Origin: a virus
IMG/VR virus record: IMGVR_UViG_3300013131_000002
Location: 14,252-78,251 of that record
Reading direction: 5' to 3' (one strand)
Length of the DNA: 64,000 nt
The notes under the pieces were generated by a model that was not told the DNA's origin, searched no databases, and saw only the letters and a list, made by a program, of their open reading frames with translations. Positions within the stretch are counted from its first letter, which is position 1; every line of letters begins with the position of its first letter. The position numbers were made by a program, and so were the translations under genes. Positions 37,648-47,949 of the stretch are shown in pieces.

Positions 37648-40600
37648 TTATTTAATTCTTAGTTTTGGTCGTTTTGTCAATTCTCCTAGACGAGATGTGT
37701 ATTGACGAGCCCCACCTAGCTTTTGTTGGTTTTGAGTTGTATTGGTTTGAGCCTGTCCATTAAACTGATCTGCTACAATTCCTCTATCTCCATAGAATAG
37801 TTTAGAATATCCGGCAGCCATGTTACGAAGATCAGTTTCAGTTTTTCCATACATTGGAGAACGTTTGTTCTTAGCTTCTTTTTGAAGTTGCTCATACAAA
37901 GTAAAACGGTCATATGATCCTGTTTCATCCATTGCTTTTGCTAAACGTTCATTAGCTTTAAACATACGATCGTCTTTAACAATTCCTGTAATTCTAGTTG
38001 CAGCTGCATCTAAAGTTCCTAAGATCTCTTCACGTTTATATTTCTTCTCAGCAATTCTCATATCAGCATTAACCATCTGTCTTTTCTGCTCGTTCTCTAC
38101 ATTGAACATACTAGCTTGCATTCCAAGTTTAGCTTCTTCAGCAGCTAACTGCTTATTAGAGTCTTGCTCTTGTTTAGCAATCTTAAGCATTTGCTCATTA
38201 GTCTTACCAGCAGTAGCAATCATTGCAGATATAGATCCAGGACCCATGTTCTGATTTTGGATAGCTGTATTCAATGCTACTTGACTAGCTGTAGCAGATG
38301 CTCTCTCTTGGTTAAGATTAACACGTGGCATAAGTGGCCCAGTAATTCCAGGAGAACCAGGTATTCCAGGATCCTTTTTGTATGGGTTAAGCATAGCATA
38401 TCCTACAGGAACAAGTTGAAGCAATCCTGGAAGTCTGAATTCTTCTTTAGGTTTCCAGTCTTCTAATTTTATACAGTTACCTTGATCATCAAGATAGTGT
38501 CCAGGAGGACATGGTTTTCTTTCAGGAACATTTGGTTCACATTTTTGAGTAGCTTCGTTCCAAGTAGTTCCAGGAGGGCAGTCATGTTTAGGAATAGTCC
38601 CAGGAGGAGGTGGTGGTGTTGGCTTACCCGAATAATTAAGTCTCTGTCCAAGTGTTGTATTAGTACTGTAATTGTCAATACCAGATACAGTTCCAAATAC
38701 CTCGTCATTAACTCCAGTTTGATTAGCAGCATATCCTTCGTACTTATCAGTATTCATTAACTGATTGTATGCAATGTAAGCAGCTTGACCTTTATAGCCA
38801 CTTTCCCAGTTTAAATCATCTAACTCTGGATGATCATCTGCAAATTTAGCTGCTTCCGTATTTGTAGTATTACCTCTAGCTGCAGCATTTTGTGAACTTT
38901 TAGATGGTTCAAAACCAAAAGCTTCTAATCGAGCATTTCTTTCTTCTTGAGCAAGGAGTTCATTGATGATGTCGTCTTCATTCATTGAACTCAAATCCTT
39001 ATAGTACTTGTTTTTGAATGCTTGTTTAGTACCAGATTTTTTTCCAGTATAACTAGCTTGATCTTCAATTACTTTTTTATACTGTGCTGCTAAGTCTGCT
39101 TTTAAATCAGGGTCAGCTAGAATTTTTTGTTTAGCATCTTGGAAAGCATTGTATGCTTCTTGATTACCATTCCACTTTTTAAGTTCATCATTATTTGCAG
39201 GTTGACCTGGCTGACCTGTAGGTGCAGGAATATCATCAACAATATTTCCAGTAGTTTCATCTATCTTCTTTCCTGCAGGTACTCTATAACCACCTTGGCC
39301 ATCTGGTTCATATCCTTTATCAAGCCATAGTTTATCTATGTAATCGTCTTCAGCAGCAGGTTCTTCTTCTTTTTTCTTCTCCTCTTCAGCAAGTTTATTA
39401 ACAGTATTGTTTTGAGCTTGCATTTCTTTCTCATTGTACACTCCTTCTCCAATACCTCCAGGACCTACGTTATCTAGTATTTTTGATAACTGCTCTTGAG
39501 AGCTTCCTGATTTAGAATCTCCTTTTTTAAATTTTTCTCTATCCTCTTTTCTTGGGGCTATCTCTTCTCCTTCAGATCCTTTGGTTTCAATATCCCTTAC
39601 AGCCATACCATGATCTGGATAATCTTCTCCAAATATTTTTTTAGAAATACCCTCAACTTTTTTAGAATATTCTGCATAAGCTTCCTGATGTTTTGAATTC
39701 CTGCCTATATCCCACCAATACTTCCCATATTTATCAGTAATTTCATTTGTAATCTCCCCTTCTTTTTCTTTCCATTCTTTAGGAACACATCTAGCTAGAT
39801 GTTTGTCAGTAGTGAAGTTATAGACAGGTACATACCCTTCAGGACAAGCAGAAGGTTTATCAGCACCACCTTTCTTGAATAGCATTTGGCCACCAAGTCT
39901 ATATGCTTTTTCTCCAGCACTTACTTCATCTGGGTTTCTACCAGCAGCTTGTTCTTGTAACTTAGCAAGTTCTTGAAGTTTAGCATTGATGATTCTTTTA
40001 GGAAGTCCTGATTTTAGAATCTCTTCATGTTTCTGAGCAAAGGTTTTATTTCCAATTTTTAAGAATGAAGAGAAGAAGTAATCATTCTTCTTACCGTTCT
40101 TCATCTTCATACCTTTCTGCATAGTCTCGTCTCCTTCTACTTCAGTATATGGATCAAGATCTATTCCACCTGTTTCGTGTTTACGTCCTATAAATTTAAC
40201 TGCATCTTTTCCCATAGGGACAATCTTTCCCCCTGGAACTTTCTTAACACCACCTGTTCTAGCATACTGAGTTCCCATGTTTTGACCATAGGCAGTAGTG
40301 TTATCATTATTCATATTGGTAGATGAGTTCAAACCAAATCCAGTATTCATAGTAGATATTCTAGATTTTTCTAATGCAGATAGATAAGCAGCTCTAGTCA
40401 TTCTATCTTGTCTTTGAATGTCTTTAGCTTCTTGTTTAGTAGCTTTATTTTCTTGAACACCTTTATATATTCCTACACCGGCACCTATCACACCTCCTAC
40501 TAATCCTCCTACAACATTACCAACTCCTGGTATAACAGAACCTGCCATAGCCCCATAACCAAACCCAGCTCCAAATCCTTTAAATCCTTCCCCAACTGTA

Positions 40601-41361
40601 TTTCCAGTAAGTTCTTTTTGAGTAGCTGTTGCTGCATTTTTATCATCTGTAGCTCTCTCTGTTATCATTCCGATTCCAGTTGCTGCTACTCCAATACCTG
40701 CAGTTGCTAATCCAGACATATTTGCTGTTAGCAATCCACCTGTACTCGATCCTGCAGCACTTGCTCCTGTGCTAGCAACGTTAGCTGCTCCTGTAATTGG
40801 AGCTCCCCCAACTGTAGACATTGTTGGTGCAGCTTGTCCAACTACCATTTGAGTTGCTGGGCTACCCCCTGCACTAGTAAAAACTGGGTTAACTGTAGTA
40901 GCACCTACTTGTCCAATACTTGCAGCTGTAGGAGCACTAGCAGAGAGACCAGTTGGGGCCCAAGTCGGAGTCGTGTTAACAGCATTTGCTCCGACTTCTG
41001 TCATAGCATTTACTCCTGCAATAGGGGTATTAGGATTCTTTAATAAGAATTTACCAAAGTTTCCAGCTTTAGCATCTTTAGCAGCAGCTGATCCTAATGT
41101 TTGTAATGAGTTTTGAACAGCATCTTTTTTCTGCTGCTTAAGCATTTCCTCTTCACGTTTCTTTTTTTCCTTGGCTTGCTTAGCTAAATAGTCTGCTTGT
41201 TCTGCAGCATTTGCAAATTCCTGTTGAGCATTCTCTTCCTCTACTTGGCCTATGTAATAAGGATTTTGTCTAGACATTGCTACAGATCCAGAGTTGAATC
41301 CAGCTAATGCATACTTCTTTTGTATTTTCTTTAGAGGTTTTCTATTATTTGATTTGGCCAT
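37648..41361 (-). CDS. virion cargo protein (glycine-zipper TM segment, HExGG motif)
   Basis: GRKHETGGI...EVEGDE motif typical of the crAss cargo protein after the muzzle gene; Gly-zipper helices. Confidence 0.75.
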   Translation of the reverse strand: MAKSNNRKPLKKIQKKYALAGFNSGSVAMSRQNPYYIGQVEEENAQQEFANAAEQADYLAKQAKEKKKREEEMLKQQKKDAVQNSLQTLGSAAAKDAKAGNFGKFLLKNPNTPIAGVNAMTEVGANAVNTTPTWAPTGLSASAPTAASIGQVGATTVNPVFTSAGGSPATQMVVGQAAPTMSTVGGAPITGAANVASTGASAAGSSTGGLLTANMSGLATAGIGVAATGIGMITERATDDKNAATATQKELTGNTVGEGFKGFGAGFGYGAMAGSVIPGVGNVVGGLVGGVIGAGVGIYKGVQENKATKQEAKDIQRQDRMTRAAYLSALEKSRISTMNTGFGLNSSTNMNNDNTTAYGQNMGTQYARTGGVKKVPGGKIVPMGKDAVKFIGRKHETGGIDLDPYTEVEGDETMQKGMKMKNGKKNDYFFSSFLKIGNKTFAQKHEEILKSGLPKRIINAKLQELAKLQEQAAGRNPDEVSAGEKAYRLGGQMLFKKGGADKPSACPEGYVPVYNFTTDKHLARCVPKEWKEKEGEITNEITDKYGKYWWDIGRNSKHQEAYAEYSKKVEGISKKIFGEDYPDHGMAVRDIETKGSEGEEIAPRKEDREKFKKGDSKSGSSQEQLSKILDNVGPGGIGEGVYNEKEMQAQNNTVNKLAEEEKKKEEEPAAEDDYIDKLWLDKGYEPDGQGGYRVPAGKKIDETTGNIVDDIPAPTGQPGQPANNDELKKWNGNQEAYNAFQDAKQKILADPDLKADLAAQYKKVIEDQASYTGKKSGTKQAFKNKYYKDLSSMNEDDIINELLAQEERNARLEAFGFEPSKSSQNAAARGNTTNTEAAKFADDHPELDDLNWESGYKGQAAYIAYNQLMNTDKYEGYAANQTGVNDEVFGTVSGIDNYSTNTTLGQRLNYSGKPTPPPPPGTIPKHDCPPGTTWNEATQKCEPNVPERKPCPPGHYLDDQGNCIKLEDWKPKEEFRLPGLLQLVPVGYAMLNPYKKDPGIPGSPGITGPLMPRVNLNQERASATASQVALNTAIQNQNMGPGSISAMIATAGKTNEQMLKIAKQEQDSNKQLAAEEAKLGMQASMFNVENEQKRQMVNADMRIAEKKYKREEILGTLDAAATRITGIVKDDRMFKANERLAKAMDETGSYDRFTLYEQLQKEAKNKRSPMYGKTETDLRNMAAGYSKLFYGDRGIVADQFNGQAQTNTTQNQQKLGGARQYTSRLGELTKRPKLRIK

Positions 41362-41372
41362 TGTAGTCAGTT

Positions 41373-44300
41373 TTATCTATTCGATGCACGGTAGGTAGCC
41401 TTAGCCGTATACAAATTTATTAAATTTTGAGCTTGATTGTTAGAAATTAATCTAACTGCAAGGAATTTGTCAACAAACTTTCTTTGCTCATGCCAAGGCT
41501 TAAGAGAAGAAATATAATATGGATTAACTACTCCTTCAGACAAGAACATAGGTCTGTCAGTTACGGGTACTACTGTTCCATTGTAGTAGTCATCTTGTAC
41601 GTTAACTTGTCCTTGCTGCATAGACGTATTAAGTATAGTTCCAGACATATCTCTAAAGTCATTAGTAAACCAAGAGTTATCTACTTTTCTAATGTTAGAC
41701 AAGTACTTTATGTCTTTAATTCCAGAGTGCTGTGAAGTATTGTAAACATAGAAGCTTGTGAACCCGGTATGGAACTGATTTATATTCCTTAATGAGTTTC
41801 CAGGATCTCTTTTAAAAGTATCTATTACGTATGAAATAGCTCCGAAGATTTTATTCAACGTTTTTGTAGACGAGACAGCACCCGTGGTACTCGAAGTAGT
41901 CTCTCCAGTATAAATATACTCAAATTCAAAATTATAAATGTTCCCGTAAAAAGTACAAGGATTATTATAGTTATCATGAGCATAGAAATTTTGGCTATTG
42001 CTAGGATCAAAGCTATAGAAGTGTTTCGTATTGAAAGCATATAATGGTGGTATGTAAGAATGTCTACTAGCCCAAACTCCAAAGTCTAAAGATAAAGATA
42101 TTGTCCATCCAGATCTTTTAAACCAGACTCCTTCTTCAATTGTTATTACTCTTTTAGGATCTTTGTAGTAGTAGAATCCTTGTGGGGTAACTGTTACATC
42201 CCCTCTAGCTATTAATAATAGAAAAGTATCAGTTGGAACTAACTCTCGTTTTGTTACAATAATTCTCTTAAGAGCTGGGTCATAAGTAGAAGTAAATCCA
42301 AATCTTCCAGTAGGAGCATCTAAGTTAATACCTTGTGCCTCAAGACTAACTCCCATATTTTCAATTTCAAATGGAATGTTCTCACGAGACCATGTAGATA
42401 ATCCAACTGCAGATAAGTCTGTAACTTGCTGACCAACCATAAACATCTTTCTAGAATCTCTTGCTAAAAAGAAATAACCGTCTTTAGTTACAAGAGAGGT
42501 CATTCTATTTTGTAGCCCTAGATATCCTTCAGAAGATTGTACGAATTCATCAGGTTCTTGTGCAAACAGATCTCCAGATCCAATGTATGCTTGAGTAGTA
42601 TCTCCAAGTTCCATTGTCTGTTTACCTTTAGTTCTGAACAAACTCTTTTCAGTATGGATGTATAACAAACTCTCTAAGTTAAAGATGTTTGTAATAGCTC
42701 CTTTATTCTGTCCAAAGTCTCTATACTCAAGTGCTGTAAAGTATCTGTAAGTATCATTGAAGTTACCGTCTTGAACTAAAGATCTGATTACTCTATTAGG
42801 ATATAGATTTGTAGACTTCTCTTTCTTTGGGTATGGGATACTAACTCTTTTGTCTTGCAATGCAGAGTATTGATCTTCATAAAGAAGATTGTCCATTTTA
42901 CTTAAATCATGTAATGGAGATTTGTATATAATATCTGCAGCTGTGTATTTATCAAAGTATACACTATCTACTATACCCACTCCTTTTTCAACATCTCCAG
43001 CATGACGGAAATTAATATTATCATCTGACTCAACTATATACTGATATACTGAAGATATTATAGCAGTAGATCCTCTTTGCCAGTTGTTTTCATTATTGAT
43101 GGTATCCTTTCTTTCTTGCTCATTACCACTCATTATGACATTGTTGGCTGTATAACCTGTAGATATTTCAAATGGAATATCTCCATATATAGTACCAAGT
43201 GTACCAGTTAATAGATAAGGTAAGATACCTACTTGTTGATTAGATCCACTTTTTAAATATGTAAATGCAAAACTTTGAGACGTTGATCTATACCCATATC
43301 TGCATAAGTAAGTATCCCCTCCAAAAAATGTATCACTAGATGCACCAGTATAATAATTACTTCTACCATCTGAGGATAATCCGGTAGTAAGATTAACATC
43401 TAAAGTAGATTTATAATATCCAGTGGACACTAAAGACTGTTGGTCAAATGGTTCAAACACATCTGTTTTAGCAGAGCATAAATTTGCAAGGTATGTATTT
43501 GGAGCACCTGCTGGTTTGTACATAGTTCCACTCCATGTAAAAGAACATCCAAGTCCAAAAACATTGCAATTTCCTACATCTCCGTCTTGTAATACTTGAA
43601 GAGTAATGTCTCCATTATTTACTCCAGGGTTTCCTGCTCCATTATAACCTAAAGCTATAAGTTGATTTTCTACAGCTAAAAAGAATGGAGTTTTTCCACC
43701 AGTAGTTTGATAGTTAGTCATAGCAGTTAGTTTAGCTCCTATTCCAATACTATCTACATAAACACTTACTCCGTATGGTACCCCACCTATCACTCTATTT
43801 AAAGATGTTCCACCATCTGCACGTATCCAATCAGATGCTTTATAGCCTGCTAGTGGGGGAATACCAGAAGTCAATCCTAATGCAATAGCACTTTCTCCAC
43901 TATTATTGATTAAGTATGTAGCTCCTTTAAATCCTGTAGCAGATGCATTTTTAAAGAATGTAAGTCCAGCTAAATATGTGGCACTGTCTGGATCTATTGC
44001 AAATACACTTTGATATGTCCCTAAATTTTCTTGAGTTCCTTTGTGCCCACCTTCTGAATATCCAACATCAATTCCAGTTCTTCCAACTTCATGATAAGCT
44101 GCAGCTATTAATAAACTTCCGTTTAATCCATCTACACCTCTTACATCATAGTTATCACTAGTAGAGTCTTCTTCAAAATTTATTGTATTCCCTAAGTCTG
44201 GATGTATCCATGCATGCTCATCATCTCCATTACCTGCTCTAAATCCTTCATAGAATCCTGAGTCAGTATTGTAGTTAGTGGCCCCTCTAAATCCTCCTCT

Positions 44301-46550
44301 CCATAATTGCATTGTTACCACATATTGCAAATCAATGTGTGTAGCTGTAGCAAGTGTGTGCTTCTTACGAAGGAGATTAAAATCATGGAACTTAAATACA
44401 CTTTGAAGCATCTGATCTTTATATCCTGACCAAGGTGTAAATGGGCTGTATACACTATCTGTAGTATGTGTACCTACCATATAATACAAGTTATGATATG
44501 GACCAAATGCAGCATCAGATCGTTTTAAAGATAGATTAGCTGCTAAGAATAATGATGCAGGGTGTAAACCACTTTGTCCTATAATAGTTTTATTGGCTTG
44601 GGTTCTCTTTGCATAATAAACTTTATACCCTTGTATCTGCTGAAGTATAAATTTAGGGATACGAATATTTGATAATGCTACCCCTAATATTCTAACAGAC
44701 TCTTCAAATACTACAGAGTTTCCACTAATTGTTACATTTGGAGTACTGTAATCTGTATTTGGAATTACGTGTGAATATAGTACATTATGATTAGATGGCA
44801 TTTTATGGTGCCTAACATTCTTACCACGAAGTGTTCCTACTTGTACAGGTGTCCCTACTGAATCAGTTTCCCATATATCAAAGTCATCTGTATTTGGGTA
44901 GAGTTCATTTTGATTCTCCCAATACCCCATTGTAGATCCAGTAGCAATACTTGTATCTAGATATTGGTATACTCTAGCATTTGGATCTCTTGCTGTTATT
45001 TCGTCTGGGTTAAAATCAGTTGGTACATTCATGTACAATGTTTCTCTTTCCCATTCTGGTTTCCAAACAGGACCACCTGTAGGAATTACATTTCTTCCAG
45101 GAATATGATATGCATATGTTTCACTTCCATCTTCTAATACGAATGAGATGTAAAATGCATATACTTCACCACGACGATAAGTTTTCTTTTTGAACAGGTT
45201 TGTTTCTACATCTCTGTAACCTTTATTCCCTTTACTTTGAACTGGTGTTACATACTGTAAAATATATTGTAAATCAGTATCTGACGATGTTAGATTAGCA
45301 TGGTAGAGAGCTGCATAACCACTATTCAAATTAAATGCATCGTAGAATCTAGGATCGAAGGCTCCATTACCAGAAGCATCTTTTCCAATAGTTGCTACTT
45401 TTGCAGTTAATACAATTGAGTTTGCAAATCTTTGATACCCTAAATCTTTACGTGCAGTTAAGTTTGCAGCATAAAGTTTATTGTCAAGTTGTGTAAGAGA
45501 CTTTGCAGTTAAGTATCTTACCTTATCTATCACAGCAGCCTCTACTGATGACTGTGCAGCATTTTCTAATCCACTGTATACGATAGATAGTTCTGTAGGA
45601 ACTGCTGGATTAGTTGATCCAATTTCTAAAGGCTCTAGTTTGTAAACAAATTCAGCTTCCCCAACTCTTTGTAATACATATGGGACTACATATTTATAGT
45701 CTGTATTTACAGATGTTAATTTCCATAGAATAGATTTATTAGTTTGAAACTCATTTGGGGATCCACTAATAATTTCTCTAGGAATGTAGCTTTCTGGAGA
45801 AGGAACAATGTATACTGGATTAGATAATCCTAGTACATTTGTCTCAGTAAAATCTTTATCTGCATATGCTACTCCTAAGAAGTAGGTTCCACTTTCAATT
45901 CCTCCACCTTGTAATACCTTAACAGAGTCGAACTCCGGTATTCTTCCAGAGTCCATGAATAAATTTAGCATTCTAATGCTATTTGCATTAGCCCCTACTT
46001 GATACAAATCTGTGTATACTCCTGTAGTTTTTACTAAATTTAATTGTCTTGTTACATTTAAAATTCTTGGAGGATTGTACTCACTAATGTATTCAATATT
46101 AGTTTGAGGATTTTTAGATAATGTAAACTTATTATCTGTAAAGTATACAATAGTTTCTCCTGTTGGGGATACTCTATATTCACCAGTTACAGGATACTCT
46201 TTGCTAAAGTTTAAATGTCCTTTAACAGATGTAGTTGTCGTGAGTAATATTGCTTTGGATGTATGTAAGTTTGCATCTACATAGAATATGCAGGAAGCCC
46301 CCATTATAAGATTAACAGTAAATATTACAAAGTTGTCATTAGGAATTGCAATAACACCTACAGGTTCAAACTTACCTTTTTGAGAAGGCACAGATAATAG
46401 CACCTCCAAAGTAGTACCGAATTCATTGCTGATAGATCCTTTATTAATATCCATCAAAGCATTAATTGCATCACGATAGGTACTATCGATCTGGTCCATA
46501 AGACCAGTATCTTTATTCATTCCTTTTACAAACTTAGTATCTTCTGCCAT
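41373..46550 (-). CDS. tail muzzle / tail stabilisation protein
   Basis: 1725 aa, beta-rich; KGMNKD start, YRRGEVYAF, VRHHKMP, GGDTYL, WASRHSY. Confidence 0.85.
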   Translation of the reverse strand: MAEDTKFVKGMNKDTGLMDQIDSTYRDAINALMDINKGSISNEFGTTLEVLLSVPSQKGKFEPVGVIAIPNDNFVIFTVNLIMGASCIFYVDANLHTSKAILLTTTTSVKGHLNFSKEYPVTGEYRVSPTGETIVYFTDNKFTLSKNPQTNIEYISEYNPPRILNVTRQLNLVKTTGVYTDLYQVGANANSIRMLNLFMDSGRIPEFDSVKVLQGGGIESGTYFLGVAYADKDFTETNVLGLSNPVYIVPSPESYIPREIISGSPNEFQTNKSILWKLTSVNTDYKYVVPYVLQRVGEAEFVYKLEPLEIGSTNPAVPTELSIVYSGLENAAQSSVEAAVIDKVRYLTAKSLTQLDNKLYAANLTARKDLGYQRFANSIVLTAKVATIGKDASGNGAFDPRFYDAFNLNSGYAALYHANLTSSDTDLQYILQYVTPVQSKGNKGYRDVETNLFKKKTYRRGEVYAFYISFVLEDGSETYAYHIPGRNVIPTGGPVWKPEWERETLYMNVPTDFNPDEITARDPNARVYQYLDTSIATGSTMGYWENQNELYPNTDDFDIWETDSVGTPVQVGTLRGKNVRHHKMPSNHNVLYSHVIPNTDYSTPNVTISGNSVVFEESVRILGVALSNIRIPKFILQQIQGYKVYYAKRTQANKTIIGQSGLHPASLFLAANLSLKRSDAAFGPYHNLYYMVGTHTTDSVYSPFTPWSGYKDQMLQSVFKFHDFNLLRKKHTLATATHIDLQYVVTMQLWRGGFRGATNYNTDSGFYEGFRAGNGDDEHAWIHPDLGNTINFEEDSTSDNYDVRGVDGLNGSLLIAAAYHEVGRTGIDVGYSEGGHKGTQENLGTYQSVFAIDPDSATYLAGLTFFKNASATGFKGATYLINNSGESAIALGLTSGIPPLAGYKASDWIRADGGTSLNRVIGGVPYGVSVYVDSIGIGAKLTAMTNYQTTGGKTPFFLAVENQLIALGYNGAGNPGVNNGDITLQVLQDGDVGNCNVFGLGCSFTWSGTMYKPAGAPNTYLANLCSAKTDVFEPFDQQSLVSTGYYKSTLDVNLTTGLSSDGRSNYYTGASSDTFFGGDTYLCRYGYRSTSQSFAFTYLKSGSNQQVGILPYLLTGTLGTIYGDIPFEISTGYTANNVIMSGNEQERKDTINNENNWQRGSTAIISSVYQYIVESDDNINFRHAGDVEKGVGIVDSVYFDKYTAADIIYKSPLHDLSKMDNLLYEDQYSALQDKRVSIPYPKKEKSTNLYPNRVIRSLVQDGNFNDTYRYFTALEYRDFGQNKGAITNIFNLESLLYIHTEKSLFRTKGKQTMELGDTTQAYIGSGDLFAQEPDEFVQSSEGYLGLQNRMTSLVTKDGYFFLARDSRKMFMVGQQVTDLSAVGLSTWSRENIPFEIENMGVSLEAQGINLDAPTGRFGFTSTYDPALKRIIVTKRELVPTDTFLLLIARGDVTVTPQGFYYYKDPKRVITIEEGVWFKRSGWTISLSLDFGVWASRHSYIPPLYAFNTKHFYSFDPSNSQNFYAHDNYNNPCTFYGNIYNFEFEYIYTGETTSSTTGAVSSTKTLNKIFGAISYVIDTFKRDPGNSLRNINQFHTGFTSFYVYNTSQHSGIKDIKYLSNIRKVDNSWFTNDFRDMSGTILNTSMQQGQVNVQDDYYNGTVVPVTDRPMFLSEGVVNPYYISSLKPWHEQRKFVDKFLAVRLISNNQAQNLINLYTAKATYRASNR

Positions 46551-46560
46551 TTGTCAAATA

Positions 46561-47454
46561 TTAATAGTATCCTCTACCGTATGATCCTCTGTTTAATTCT
46601 TCTCTTGTTCCTAAGTTTTCAAAGAAGTTTGCATGTCTATTGATGTTTGGAACAAGTCTAACCCATTGATTCATGAATGATTCATATTTATCAATGCTTG
46701 GGAAGTTAGCTTGGTTACGTGCTTGTGTGCAATAGTATTTCCATTTAGCATCAGCAAAATCGTATCCAATTCCATTCATAGATGGGGTATATCCCCCAAG
46801 TAACATTTGCTTGTAAATGTACCAGAACATAGCTTCTTTGTAACTAATGTCATCTGGTACCATTGGATAACAGTCATCATCTAATGGGAAAGCTGTATAA
46901 CTTAAACATACTTGACCAGTTTCAAATGATGTTTTAATATAGTCCCCATCAACTGTGTAAGTTTCTTTTGACTTAGCAAATTGGTTTGAACATTCCTCAC
47001 AGTGAATATGTGCTGGGAATGTGCTGGTACCATATTGAAGTGGAGTAAGTGGATTGGCAGAATTTAAGTATAGGTTTTCTAATACTCTCATTCTTGCATT
47101 TAAATCCCGTAACTCGTAGTTATAAGTAATCTTATCACCAGGATCAGCAATGACTTGTGCATTAAGTTGATCTATTTTTGCAATGAGTTCTGTGAATTCA
47201 TTAGCAGTAGATGGACTTACAGCATTATTGATAGCAACTTGATTTATAAAGTACAAGTCAAGTGGAAGTAATGCCTTGAAATTATTTACTTGTAGTACAC
47301 ACCCTTTTGTTAAAAGTTGTGGAGTAGAACCAATATGTTCAAGAGCTTCTCCTGTCCATTCTACTGCATCATCGATCCAGTTATCTCCGGGAGGTTTTAA
47401 GTCCCTCATAACCTTACGTATGATTGCTTTACTTGATATGAGTTTATAAATCAT
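46561..47454 (-). CDS. tail ring (tubular) protein
   Basis: Lies before the muzzle gene; IKTSFETG.VCLSY...DDDCYPMVPD motif. Confidence 0.75.
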   Translation of the reverse strand: MIYKLISSKAIIRKVMRDLKPPGDNWIDDAVEWTGEALEHIGSTPQLLTKGCVLQVNNFKALLPLDLYFINQVAINNAVSPSTANEFTELIAKIDQLNAQVIADPGDKITYNYELRDLNARMRVLENLYLNSANPLTPLQYGTSTFPAHIHCEECSNQFAKSKETYTVDGDYIKTSFETGQVCLSYTAFPLDDDCYPMVPDDISYKEAMFWYIYKQMLLGGYTPSMNGIGYDFADAKWKYYCTQARNQANFPSIDKYESFMNQWVRLVPNINRHANFFENLGTREELNRGSYGRGYY

Positions 47455-47945
47455 TTTCTAGAGTATTTTTTAAATCTTAGATAAGCTATATCGTTAGATT
47501 TTAATAAAGCAATAAGTTTCTCTTTGTTTCCTTTTACACCTCTAGTAGCATCAAATCTATAAGCTGTTTTGTTTTTAACTTTAGCTTTGCTTTTTGTCCA
47601 ATGATATTTACAGTAGTATTTATCAGTGTAGTATATATGCCACTTCTCTCCCTTGCCTGTTACACTATCGTACAACTCTACTCCAGAATCTATCAGTTCT
47701 TGTTTGTATTTTGCAGTTTCAGCCCAGTCAACAGTAAGTTTTCTTGGGTCTCTTGCTACTCTACGAATCGATAATGTTCCGAGGTTACTTTGCATGTTGA
47801 ACTCATACCCGTCAAGGAGAGCTTCAACTATTGCTAGATTAAACTCGGAACATATATCAGAAAACGTATTACAATCAATCTCTTCTTCGGTTTCTTTTAG
47901 GTAGTCTTTATGTACGGCTTTTATTGTATGTGATTTGGTTTGCAT
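47451..47945 (-). CDS. IHF/HU-like protein (crAss IHF family)
   Basis: DGYEFNMQSNLGTLSIRR...VDWAET; conserved position in the tail module. Confidence 0.7.
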   Translation of the reverse strand: MQTKSHTIKAVHKDYLKETEEEIDCNTFSDICSEFNLAIVEALLDGYEFNMQSNLGTLSIRRVARDPRKLTVDWAETAKYKQELIDSGVELYDSVTGKGEKWHIYYTDKYYCKYHWTKSKAKVKNKTAYRFDATRGVKGNKEKLIALLKSNDIAYLRFKKYSRK

Positions 47946-47949
47946 TCAA

